From Paragordius varius (taxonomy: Eukaryota; Animalia; Nematomorpha), in assembly GCA_964247055.1 (NCBI GenBank), contig OZ176053.1, forward strand, positions 10,230,001 through 10,294,000: DNA of 64,000 bases, in the 5' to 3' direction. This document shows, in pieces, positions 28,201 through 39,900 of this stretch. Within the stretch, counting starts at the first letter, position 1; each line of letters begins with the position of its first letter. The translations under genes and the position numbers were made by a program. The notes under the pieces are model-generated. The model searched no databases, was not told the DNA's origin, and was given only the letters and a program-made list of their open reading frames with translations.

Positions 28201-31200
28201 TTCATCCGTTTCTTCCAAAGTTTAACCCTTCTTCATATCCACTTCATCCGTTTCTTCTACAGTTTAACCCTTCTTCATATCCATTTCATCCGTTTCTTCT
28301 CCAGTTTAACCCTTCTTCATATCCATTTCATCCGTTTCTTCTACAGTTTAACCCTTCTTCATATCCACTTCATCCGTTTCTTCCAAAGTTTAACCCTTCT
28401 TCATATCCATTTCATCCGTTTCTTCTCCAGTTTAACCCTTCTTCATATCCATTTCATCCGTTTCTTCTCCAGTGTAACCCTTCTTCATATCCACTTCATC
28501 CGTTTCTTCCAAAGTTTAACCCTTCTTCATATCCATTTCATCCGTTTCTTCCAAAGTTTAACCCTTCTTCATATCCACTTCATCCGTTTCTTCCAAAGTT
28601 TAACCCTTCTTCATATCCACTTCATGCGTTTCTTCTACAGTTTAACCCTTCTTCATATCCATTTCATCCGTTTCTTCCAAAGTTTAACCCTTCTTCATAT
28701 CCACTTCATCCGTTTCTTCTCCAGTTTAACCCTTCTTCATATCCACTTCATCCGTTTCTTCTCCAGTTTAACCCTTCTTCATATCCATTTCATCCGTTTC
28801 TTCCAAAGTTTAACCCTTCTTCATATCCACTTCATTCGTTTCTTCCAAAGTTTAACCCTTCTTCATATCCACTTCATCCGTTTCTTCCAAAGTTTAACCC
28901 TTCTTCATATCCATTTCATCCGTTTCTTCCAAAGTTTAACCCTTCTTCATATCCACTTCATCCGTTTCTTCTACAGTTTAACCCTTCTTCATATCCATTT
29001 CATCCGTTTCTTCCAAAGTTTAACCCTTCTTCATATCCACTTCATCCGTTTCTTCTCCAGTTTAACCCTTCTTCATATCCACTTCATCCGTTTCTTCTAC
29101 AGTTTAACCCTTCTTCATATCCACTTCATCCGTTTCTTCCAAAGTTTAACCCTTCTTCATATCCATTTCATCCGTTTCTTCCAAAGTTTAACCCTTCTTC
29201 ATATCCACTTCATCCGTTTCTTCTACAGTTTAACCCTTCTTCATATCCATTTCATCCGTTTCTTCCAAAGTTTAACCCTTCTTCATATCCACTTCATCCG
29301 TTTCTTCCAAAGTTTAACCCTTCTTCATATCCACTTCATCCGTTTCTTCTACATTTTAACCCTTCTTCATACCACTTCATCCGTTTCTTCCAAAGTTTAA
29401 CCCTTCTTCATATCCACTTCATCCGTTTCTTCTCCAGTTTAACCCTTCTTCATATCCACTTCATCCGTTTCTTCCAAAGTTTAACCGTTCTTCATATCCA
29501 CTTCATCCGTTTCTTCCAAAGTTTAACCCTTCTTCATATCCACTTCATCCGTTTCTTCCAAAGTTTAACCCTTCTTCATATCCACTTCATCCATTTCTTC
29601 TCCAGTTTAACCCTTCTTCATATCCACTTCATCCGTTTCTTCCAAAGTTTAACCCTTCTTCATATCCACTTCATCCGTTTCTTCTCCAGTTTAACCCTTC
29701 TTCATATCCACTTCATCCGTTTCTTCCAAAGTTTAACCCTTCTTCATATCCACTTCATCCGTTTCTTCTCCAGTTTAACCCTTCTTCATATCCACTTCAT
29801 CCGTTTCTTCCAAAGTTTAACCCTTCTTCATATCCATTTCATCCGTTTCTTCTCCAGTTTAACCCTTCTTCATATCCATTTCATCCGTTTCTTCTCCAGT
29901 GTAACCCTTCTTCATATCCACTTCATCCGTTTCTTCCAAAGTTTAACCCTTCTTCATATCCATTTCATCCGTTTCTTCCAAAGTTTAACCCTTCTTCATA
30001 TCCACTTCATCCGTTTCTTCCAAAGTTTAACCCTTCTTCATATCCACTTCATCCGTTTCTTCTCCAGTTTAACCCTTCTTCATATCCACTTCATCCGTTT
30101 CTTCTACAGTTTAACCCTTCTTCATATCCACTTCATCCGTTTCTTCCAAAGTTTAACCCTTCTTCATATCCATTTCATCCGTTTCTTCCAAAGTTTAACC
30201 CTTCTTCATATCCACTTCATCCGTTTCTTCTACAGTTTAACCCTTCTTCATATCCATTTCATCCGTTTCTTCCAAAGTTTAACCCTTCTTCATATCCACT
30301 TCATCCGTTTCTTCCAAAGTTTAACCCTTCTTCATATCCACTTCATCCGTTTCTTCTACATTTTAACCCTTCTTCATACCACTTCATCCGTTTCTTCCAA
30401 AGTTTAACCCTTCTTCATATCCACTTCATCCGTTTCTTCTCCAGTTTAACCCTTCTTCATATCCACTTCATCCGTTTCTTCCAAAGTTTAACCGTTCTTC
30501 ATATCCACTTCATCCGTTTCTTCCAAAGTTTAACCCTTCTTCATATCCACTTCATCCGTTTCTTCCAAAGTTTAACCCTTCTTCATATCCACTTCATCCA
30601 TTTCTTCTCCAGTTTAACCCTTCTTCATATCCACTTCATCCGTTTCTTCCAAAGTTTAACCCTTCTTCATATCCACTTCATCCGTTTCTTCTCCAGTTTA
30701 ACCCTTCTTCATATCCACTTCATCCGTTTCTTCCAAAGTTTAACCCTTCTTCATATCCACTTCATCCGTTTCTTCTCCAGTTTAACCCTTCTTCATATCC
30801 ATTTCATCCGTTTCTTCCAAAGTTTAACCCTTCTTCATATCCACTTCATCCGTTTCTTCCAAAGTTTAACCCTTCTTCATATCCACTTCATCCGTTTCTT
30901 CTACAGTTTAACCCTTCTTCATATCCATTTCATCCGTTTCTTCCAAAGTTTAACCCTTCTTCATATCCACTTCATCCGTTTCTTCTCCAGTTTAACCCTT
31001 CTTCATATCCACTTCATCCGTTTCTTCTACAGTTTAACCCTTCTTCATATCCACTTCATCCGTTTCTTCCAAAGTTTAACCCTTCTTCATATCCATTTCA
31101 TCCGTTTCTTCCAAAGTTTAACCCTTCTTCATATCCACTTCATCCGTTTCTTCTCCAGTTTAACCCTTCTTCATATCCACTTCATCCGTTTCTTCCAAAG

Positions 31201-34150
31201 TTTAACCCTTCTTCATATCCACTTCATCCGTTTCTTCCAAAGTTTAACCCTTCTTCATATCCACTTCATCCGTTTCTTCTAAAGTTTAACCCTTCTTCAT
31301 ATCCACTTCATCCGTTTCTTCTACGGTTTAACCCTTCTTCATATCCACTTCATTCGTTTCTCCAAAGTTTAACCATTCTTCATATCCACTTCATCCGTTT
31401 CTTCCAAAGTTTAACCCTTCTTCATATCCACTTCATCCGTTTCTTCTAAAGTTTAACCCTTCTTCATATCCACTTCATCCGTTTCTTCCAAAGTTTAACC
31501 CTTCTTCATATCCACTTCATTCGTTTCTCCAAAGTTTAACCATTCTTCATATCCACTTCATCCGTTTCTTCCAAAGTTTAACCCTTCTTCATATCCACTT
31601 CATCCGTTTCTTCTAAAGTTTAACCCTTCTTCATATCCACTTCATCCGTTTCTTCCAAAGTTTAACCCTTCTTCATATCCACTTCATCCGTTTCTTCCAA
31701 AGTTTAACCCTTCTTCAATCCACTTCATCCGTTTCTTCCAAAGTTTAACCCTTCTTCATATCCACTTCATCCGTTTCTTCCAAAGTTTAACCCTTCTTCA
31801 ATCCACTTCATCCGTTTCTTCCAAAGTTTAACCCTTCTTCATATCCACTTCATCCGTTTCTTCCAAAGTTTAACCCTTCTTCATATCCACTTCATTCGTT
31901 TCTTCCAAAGTTTAACCATTCTTCATATCCACTTCATTCGTTTCTTCTAAAGTTTAACCCTTCTTCATATCCACTTCATCCGTTTCTTCCAAAGTTTAAC
32001 CCTTCTTCATATTCACTTCATCCGTTTCTTCCAAAGTTTAACCCTTCTTCAATCCACTTCATCCGTTTCTTCCAAAGTTTAACCCTTCTTCATATCCACT
32101 TCATCCTTTTATTCTACAGTTTAACCCTTCTTCATATCCACTTCATCCGTTTCTTCCAAAGTTTAACCCTTCTTCATATCCACTTCATCCGTTTCTTCTC
32201 CAGTTTAACCCTTCTTCATATCCACTTCATCCGTTTCTTCCAAAGTTTAACCCTTCTTCATATCCACTTCATCCGTTTCTTCTAAAGTTTAACCCTTCTT
32301 CATATCCACTTCATCCGTTTCTTCTACGGTTTAACCCTTCTTCATATCCACTTCATCCGTTTCTTCCAAAGTTTAACCCTTCTTCATATCCACTTCATTC
32401 GTTTCTCCAAAGTTTAACCATTCTTCATATCCACTTCATTCGTTTCTTCTAAAGTTTAACCCTTCTTCATATCCACTTCATCCGTTTCTTCCAAAGTTTA
32501 ACCCTTCTTCATATTCACTTCATCCCTGTCTTCCAAAGTTTAACCCTTCTTCAATCCACTTCATCCGTTTCTTCCAAAGTTTAACCCTTCTTCATATCCA
32601 CTTCATCCTTTTATTCTACAGTTTAACCCTTCTTCATATCCACTTCATCCGTTTCTTCCAAAGTTTAACCCTTCTTCATATCCACTTCATCCGTTTCTTC
32701 TCCAGTTTAACCCTTCTTCATATCCACTTCATCCGTTTCTTCCAAAGTTTAACCCTTCTTCATATCCACTTCATCCGTTTCTTCTAAAGTTTAACCCTTC
32801 TTCATATCCACTTCATCCGTTTCTTCTACGGTTTAACCCTTCTTCATATCCACTTCATCCGTTTCTTCCAAAGTTTAACCCTTCTTCATATCCACTTCAT
32901 TCGTTTCTCCAAAGTTTAACCATTCTTCATATCCACTTCATCCGTTTCTTCCAAAGTTTAACCCTTCTTCATATCCACTTCATCCGTTTCTTCTAAAGTT
33001 TAACCCTTCTTCATATCCACTTCATCCGTTTCTTCCAAAGTTTAACCCTTCTTCAATCCACTTCATCCGTTTCTTCCAAAGTTTAACCCTTCTTCATATC
33101 CACTTCATCCGTTTCTTCCAAAGTTTAACCCTTCTTCAATCCACTTCATCCGTTTCTTCCAAAGTTTAACCCTTCTTCATATCCACTTCATCCGTTTCTT
33201 CCAAAGTTTAACCCTTCTTCATATCCACTTCATCCGTTTCTTCTACAGTTTAACCCTTCTTCATATCCACTTCATCCGTTTCTTCTACGGTTTAACCCTT
33301 CTTCATATCCACTTCATCCGTTTCTTCCAAAGTTTAACCCTTCTTCATATCCACTTCATTCGTTTCTCCAAAGTTTAACCATTCTTCATATCCACTTCAT
33401 CCGTTTCTTCCAAAGTTTAACCCTTCTTCATATCCACTTCATCCGTTTCTTCTAAAGTTTAACCCTTCTTCATATCCACTTCATCCGTTTCTTCCAAAGT
33501 TTAACCCTTCTTCAATCCACTTCATCCGTTTCTTCCAAAGTTTAACCCTTCTTCATATCCACTTCATCCGTTTCTTCCAAAGTTTAACCCTTCTTCAATC
33601 CACTTCATCCGTTTCTTCCAAAGTTTAACCCTTCTTCATATCCACTTCATCCGTTTCTTCCAAAGTTTAACCCTTCTTCATATCCACTTCATCCGTTTCT
33701 TCTAAAGTTTAACCCTTCTTCATATCCACTTCATCCGTTTCTTCCAAAGTTTAACCCTTCTTCATATCCACTTCATCCGTTTCTTCCAAAGTTTAACCCT
33801 TCTTCATATCCACTTCATCCGTTTCTTCCAAAGTTTAACCCTTCTTCATATCCACTTCATCCGTTTCTTCCAAAGTTTAACCCTTCTTCATATCCACTTC
33901 ATCCGTTTCTTCCAAAGTTTAACCCTTCTTCATATCCACTTCATCCGTTTCTTCCAAAGTTTAACCCTTCTTCATATCCACTTCATCCGTTTCTTCCAAA
34001 GTTTAACCCTTCTTCATATCCACTTCATCCGTTTCTTCTACAGTTTAACCCTTCTTCATATCCACTTCATCCGTTTCTTCCAAAGTTTAACCCTTCTTCA
34101 TATCCACTTCATCCGTTTCTTCCAAAGTTTAACCCTTCTTCAATCCACTT
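22220..34150. repeat. Tandem array of a 42-bp unit, ~284 copies (CCCTTCTTCATATCCACTTCATCCGTTTCTTCCAAAGTTTAA)
   Basis: Read directly; head-to-tail units with no spacers, a few recurrent variants (ccaaag/ctacag/ctccag/ctaaag; ccactt/ccattt) and occasional 41-bp units. Confidence 0.99.
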
Positions 34151-34590
34151 TATCCGTTTCTTTTAATGTTTCATCCTTCTTCATAACTACTTCCGCCGTT
34201 TCTTCTAAAGTATTAACTTCCTTCATATCCAGTTCTTCGTTATATTCCCTTCTATTCATCCCTTCGTTCGTTCTATTAAAGATTCAGTGTTCCATATCCA
34301 GTTAAACCCCTTCTATTAAAAATACACTCTTCTTCAAAATCCTCTTCCTCCTAAGACCCCACCCTTCTTCATATCCCCTTTATCCGTTTCAATTGGAGTT
34401 TACTCATAGTTTTCTAAAGTAGCACCCATATTCGTGTCCACTTTAGCCTTTGTTAAAATTTATTCATTCCTTCAACTCTATCTAAAAATACCCTCTCCTT
34501 CCGATTCACCCGTTTTAAGGGTTTCTTTCATAATTTTATTTTATCCGTTGATTAATTTCCACACTTGAAATAACATTCATTCAACAAATA
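34140..34590 (-). pseudogene. Decayed E/K/D-rich repetitive coding sequence grading into the 42-bp array
   Basis: The minus strand reads EGMNRREYNEELDMKEVNTLEETAEVVMKKDETLKETDKVD* in the same register as the array unit, preceded by frameshifted pieces (MKETLKTGESEGEGIFR, ETDKGDMKKGG, EEEDFEEECIFNRRG). Confidence 0.6.
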
Positions 34591-36941
34591 ACATTTTACA
34601 TACAAATTTTAGGCCTACATACATTACAAAATTAATGGAAAAATATATTTAGGTGTTACAAGTTTTATAGATACAACCTAGTATATTTAAAAATAATTTA
34701 CATTTATGTCGACAAACAGTATTGTTTCTAGAAATACCTTTTCATTTTTATTATATAAACTATAAAGTATTTTCTAACATTTGGGATATCCCATTTCATT
34801 AGTTCCATATATAATATCTTAAAATTCGGTATCGCGAAAAAATTTTTATACAATATCTGCAACGTTTATTTTATTTGATTATAATCATGTTACAAATTTC
34901 TAAAAATTAAAGAAAAAATTCAATCATTTTTGGGCATGATAATAGAAGCAATGAAAATCAATCAAAAACTGCATGATTTTATATTAAATAGAGTTCTATT
35001 ATTATTGGAAACCATTAACATTTTTTGCAACATATTATATTATATAAATAAATATAGATCCATTTAAAAATATGATATATCGGATGGCAATTATAAACAT
35101 AATATTTTAATATCAATTTAGAATATTAGTGAGTATAAGATAAAAATGAGCCCATATTAAGGCATATTATTTAAGCCAATATGGAAGTTGCCACAATTGA
35201 AACTCTCTTACTTAAACTAGATATAATTACCTTGTATTAGTTATTAGCATTGTCCCATACATAATCTGAATATAACCATAACCGCGAATAGACGGGTTTT
35301 CCATTACAATATTTTGTTGTTTAACATTTAAAATTTGATAAATGAGTACACTAAAAACAGTGGTTTAAAATAACGATGATAAGAACATTGTAAAAAATGA
35401 TTGTTGATTAACCAATATAATATGTTAAGTTTTAATGAAAAGTAATGTCAAAGTTATTTTGCGCTCCTTTCATATATTGTTGCATAAATTTTGATATATT
35501 AATTTAATTTTTTGTGATAAACAAAAGATGAATATAAAAAATATTATTACATCGTTAAAGCCCAAAATAATGTTAAAGGATGATTAAATTTAACATTTTT
35601 AGTGCGAATCGGTTAAAAAACAGGCTAAAGCAAAATTAAAAAGTAATGTATCCCGCAATGCGTACCCATTTATTTTTCCTTTTCATATATTCCTTCTGAA
35701 TGCGTAACCTTAAACCATTTCCAAAACAACTACTCTACTTTAAATTGAAATATACAAAAGATATGATTATTAATTAAAGTACCATAAGACAATATCACAT
35801 AATTTAAAAACTATAATAATTTTTTAAGATATTTTTATTTTCAAATAATAAATGCACTTCTCTGATCATTAACAGCTAATAGGATAAACATACCTATTTC
35901 AGCTGGATCGGCATTCAAATAGTTATTAAAAAACTATTAAATAGTTTTCCATAATATTTTTTAATTTAATTCAGCGCTTCGAACCGGGACAAAAAAGTGG
36001 TACCGGAACCGGCCTGGTTCCTAAAATTTCAAATAAAATTGGGGTGGTTTCTACCGGTTTCATTTTGGTTCCTAATTTTTAATCAATTGATTTTCATGCA
36101 ACATTTTTATTACAATAATAAAACAATATCAGCAATATGTTAAAATAAGTGTCACATTATATCAAATAGCGAGTTCTTGTTTTTTTATCTAATTAGCAGT
36201 AAATTCATGCATATATTATCTTAACCGCAATATGTACCTCTAATGTAACCTTACATCATAAAATTACAATATTTTTGCTAAATTGTGGCCAGAAAAATTT
36301 AGTTTGAGAGTTTCAGGCTAACGTGGGACGCTTTTTAGTCCCGTTGATATATACTGTAACTCATTTTTTTCCGTTATGGGCGATTGATTATGGACGCTAT
36401 ATTTTATGGTTTTGTTTATGCAAAATTCAAAGAGATACTTATTTTTTAAAAGTAATTATAAGAAGTCATAACCTGGATTTTCGTCATTTTCCCAAAGATA
36501 TGCTAGAAATTTTAAACATAAAACTCAATCATAATTTCCAGAATAAGAATCATTAATTGTAGTCGTTCTTGCATAATTTAATCCAAAAGGTATTGCTTCC
36601 AATACCCAAAAACGGATTGCCATGATTTAGAATCGTACATTGAAAAATGGATATTCTAAGTTGGTTTACCATTAAGAAATGTACCAACAACATTGTTTAT
36701 CATATTAATAACTCTTCCAAATTTTTATGGATATAATATATCACAAAATTTAACCACATTATATTTAAATTTTGAATATTTATGCTTCTAATATAATTAC
36801 TATTACATACACAGATAAATTAAAAATGTTTCAGATAGAATAATTTCTTCAATAAACTACGAAACAGTATTCAGAATTAAATTGATTTTCAGGTGACATA
36901 TACATGTTTTAATATGTACATTTATTTATCTAATATATTAA

Positions 36942-39900
36942 TTAAGGAATAGGTTTTGGATGTATAAGGATTTTAATTGGGCTTGCTAGCATAATATCAT
37001 CATTTTGTGCATTGTATAAAGGATTATCTTTTGGCAAAATAGAATTTAATTCCAAGATTAAGTTGAATTCGACATAAGCGGGATCTGGCATTGTAAAGAA
37101 AATAATTAATAAAAACTTTTAAATTTTTATAATATAATTTAATAAATAATTACCTGTCCATGGGTGTTCTGATTCAATATATATGTTATGTTGCACTTTG
37201 TAACCGTGTGAATTTGATTGTTTTATAAAACAATTTATTGGAATGGGATGACTAATACATTTTAAATCTGGATATTTTATCTAAAAAAGAAAAGAATGAA
37301 GTAATAGATTGCAAACCATTGCCTTTATACATATCATCTATGTAGCTTTAATTTTAAAACCATTATTTTTTAATCAACAATAAGCGTGATTAACTATTAT
37401 TTGGTCCATTAATTAAAAAAGTCTTAATTTTCTATTATACATATTTTTCAAAATTTAAATATACTTCAATTTACAAAATAACCAAAAAAACAAACTTTAA
37501 TCTTTATGTGTTGAAATAAATCTTCTATTTTATTCAATCCAAGCATATTATTATCATCGACACCATCTAGTCGTTTCTGTTCTGGTAGAAATTCTAAATT
37601 TATTTCTGGGGCTATATCAGCTAAAACTGTGGCTTTTAATGAAAAACCACTAATAAATTTATAGGATATATCACGATCCTTATTTTCCATGGGATGTAAT
37701 ATATGAGCCTTGATGTGATACAATAAAGGTAAAGATTTGGATAAAGTATTAGTATCCATATTTATTACGGCATTTTTTTCATACAACGCTTTTATATAAA
37801 ATTGATAAATTTCTGTGATTATATCGGTAACGATAGGGTTTAATAATTCTAATTTATAATGACAGGTATCTTGTTGGTTGTGTTCAAGATCATTTGTTTC
37901 AAAGTTATCTGATGTGTGAAAATTATCGTGTAATTTGGTCAAATTTATTTTTAAAGTATTTGATAAGCCCAGGAAGGTATATGATGCCTTGTAGAGAAAT
38001 TGATTGACCTATCATACACGAAAAAATATGTTTTTGAAAAAAGAAATATAAAAATAAATAATAGTAACATTTATAAGCAAAGAAATAATTGAATTCTTAT
38101 TTACCTTGTTGTAGGCAGATGGCTTAAAAGTTTTATTGATTGTGTTTTGTTCATTGAATATTTTATGTGCCCCAACATAAAAGGCTAAAATTAGAGCTGT
38201 AAAATCTGCACAAGAACCCAAGCATACAAGGGCATTATGTGCATAAATTGTGAAGTCAAACTCTTTTTGACAGCTTGATTTTGGACGTGAAAATTGAAAA
38301 GCGCCATATTTACTTGATATGGATGATATATTTTGACATGTATCAAGTAATGTTATTACACGTTTTTGGATCCAAAAATTATTTGAATCAATAAAATTAT
38401 CATATATTTGTGTCTGATACATTTGGCAAAGTTTGTAAACCATTTCAATGGCGACTTTGGATTTTTTGATGCAGCCGGGTTGTCTAATAAATGTATAAAA
38501 AAATAACACGTTTTAATGCATTTTTAAACAGAGAAAAAAGCATGCAAATTCAAATGATGCATGCATTGTTAAAAAGAATAGAAATGTCATAAGGGATCGG
38601 GTTTTTTCGATTTATTATAAGCTAATAAAAATTATTAATACACATTGTATAAATAACAAATAATTTGTGAAAATAGCATGAATAAATTGAAAAAGGGGTG
38701 GTCATTCGATTCGACAAGTTATTCATTTCTTTAGCACAAATAGCTAAAACAATAAAATTTAATTAAACCGATAATTATACCGTAAACTTATTTCTGTTTT
38801 AAATAATTGTGGGAAACATTGTCGTAAATAGGGCGAGTGTCGATCAATTACAAACGATGGAAGTAAACTCATTCCAGTGTATGGTGTGTCCTGCGACTCT
38901 AATTCATCAATGGCATTGAGAATTAGGACAAGAGTGGCAATATAAACAACATTTTGGGTAATATCTGGTTCTGTCGGATCAAAATGAAAATCCAAACATA
39001 AGTTTCTAAATAATATAAGCGAGTTAATTATTTTGGTTTATATATTAACAAACTATTAAGATCAAATATACAAGTAAAGGGTAATAATGTGTGAAAGAAA
39101 CCTAATATAACCCAGAGGATTAGACTTCAGAAAAAGTGAAAAGCGAGTTAATTTACTACGCCTAAGCTCACAATTAAACGATAGTATTAATAATTCAAAA
39201 TTTATAAAATTTGGTTCTTTTTATGTGAAAATTTGTATTTTATTATAGTTTTTTGTCATTAATTTTAGTTTTACTATATAAAAGAGTGATATTTATTAAC
39301 AGTTCTATTTTTCAAACTTAAACGGGTGAAACCAGTTTTTTAACTGGCTATAATTTTTCCAGTTGCTTAATAATTTTAAAATAATCCGCCTACAAAATTA
39401 ATTTGTATTTAATAATTACTTTCCCTCCCTAAGTAAAAGTTGTTTAATATCGCGTGTTTGTGGCCAAACACCAACAAGGCTATCATCTAATGTTTTATTT
39501 TTATCTAAATCTCCACCTTTTACATTGCTATTTTGATTTGCGGATGTGGTTAAAAGGTCAAAAGAAATGCGTTTAAATGATGTGTAAGGGGAATCGATAC
39601 AAAGGAGATCAGGTATTAATCGCATCACAAATGCACTGTGCAGGTAAGCGAAATCACGAAATGTTCTATGCATACATAGGGGAATTATATATTTTGTTTA
39701 TATGGTTTTAATACAAAATAAATTTTTTATCTTAGCTATATATATATTTATATATATTTATGGATTTTAAAAGCGTAAACGGTCTGACCGTTAATTTATA
39801 ATCTCAAAAAAATAATTTAAGCAAGTAACTTGTGTTTAATAATCTTAATAACTATAAGTAATAGCAATCTATATAAAAGCCACAAACCTTTTAACATTAT

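Noticed and set aside
28624-29400. 258-aa ORF (FFQSLTLLHIHFIR)n on the + strand
   Set aside because: It is a stop-free frame of the satellite opened by a single C>G change creating ATG. A second + frame (YPLHPFLPKFNPSS) is equally open, and the flanks support the minus-strand register as ancestral.
22220-34150. CRISPR array
   Set aside because: Units are head-to-tail with no unique spacers, there are no cas genes, and the context is eukaryotic.
22220-34150. Stop-codon reassignment (TAA = Glu/Gln) making the array a giant acidic protein
   Set aside because: TAA terminates sideroflexin exactly after the conserved NKGL and INTS4 after its conserved C-terminus, TAG ends FCIGK, and the long true exons have no internal TAA/TAG. 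41-bp units also break the frame.
22220-34150. A 27-nt GT-AG segment in every minus-strand unit acting as a tiny intron that removes the TAA
   Set aside because: The segment is purine-rich, unlike all nine AT-rich tiny introns, and would need ~284 introns with 15-nt exons. There is no supporting evidence.
22220-34150. Telomere-related origin because each unit contains TAACCCT
   Set aside because: It is a single 7-nt match per unit, never tandem, and is explained by the codons AAG GGT TAA.
35965-36350. Possible hAT-like MITE starting CAGCGCTTCGAACCGG
   Set aside because: No convincing matching right TIR or TSD was found.
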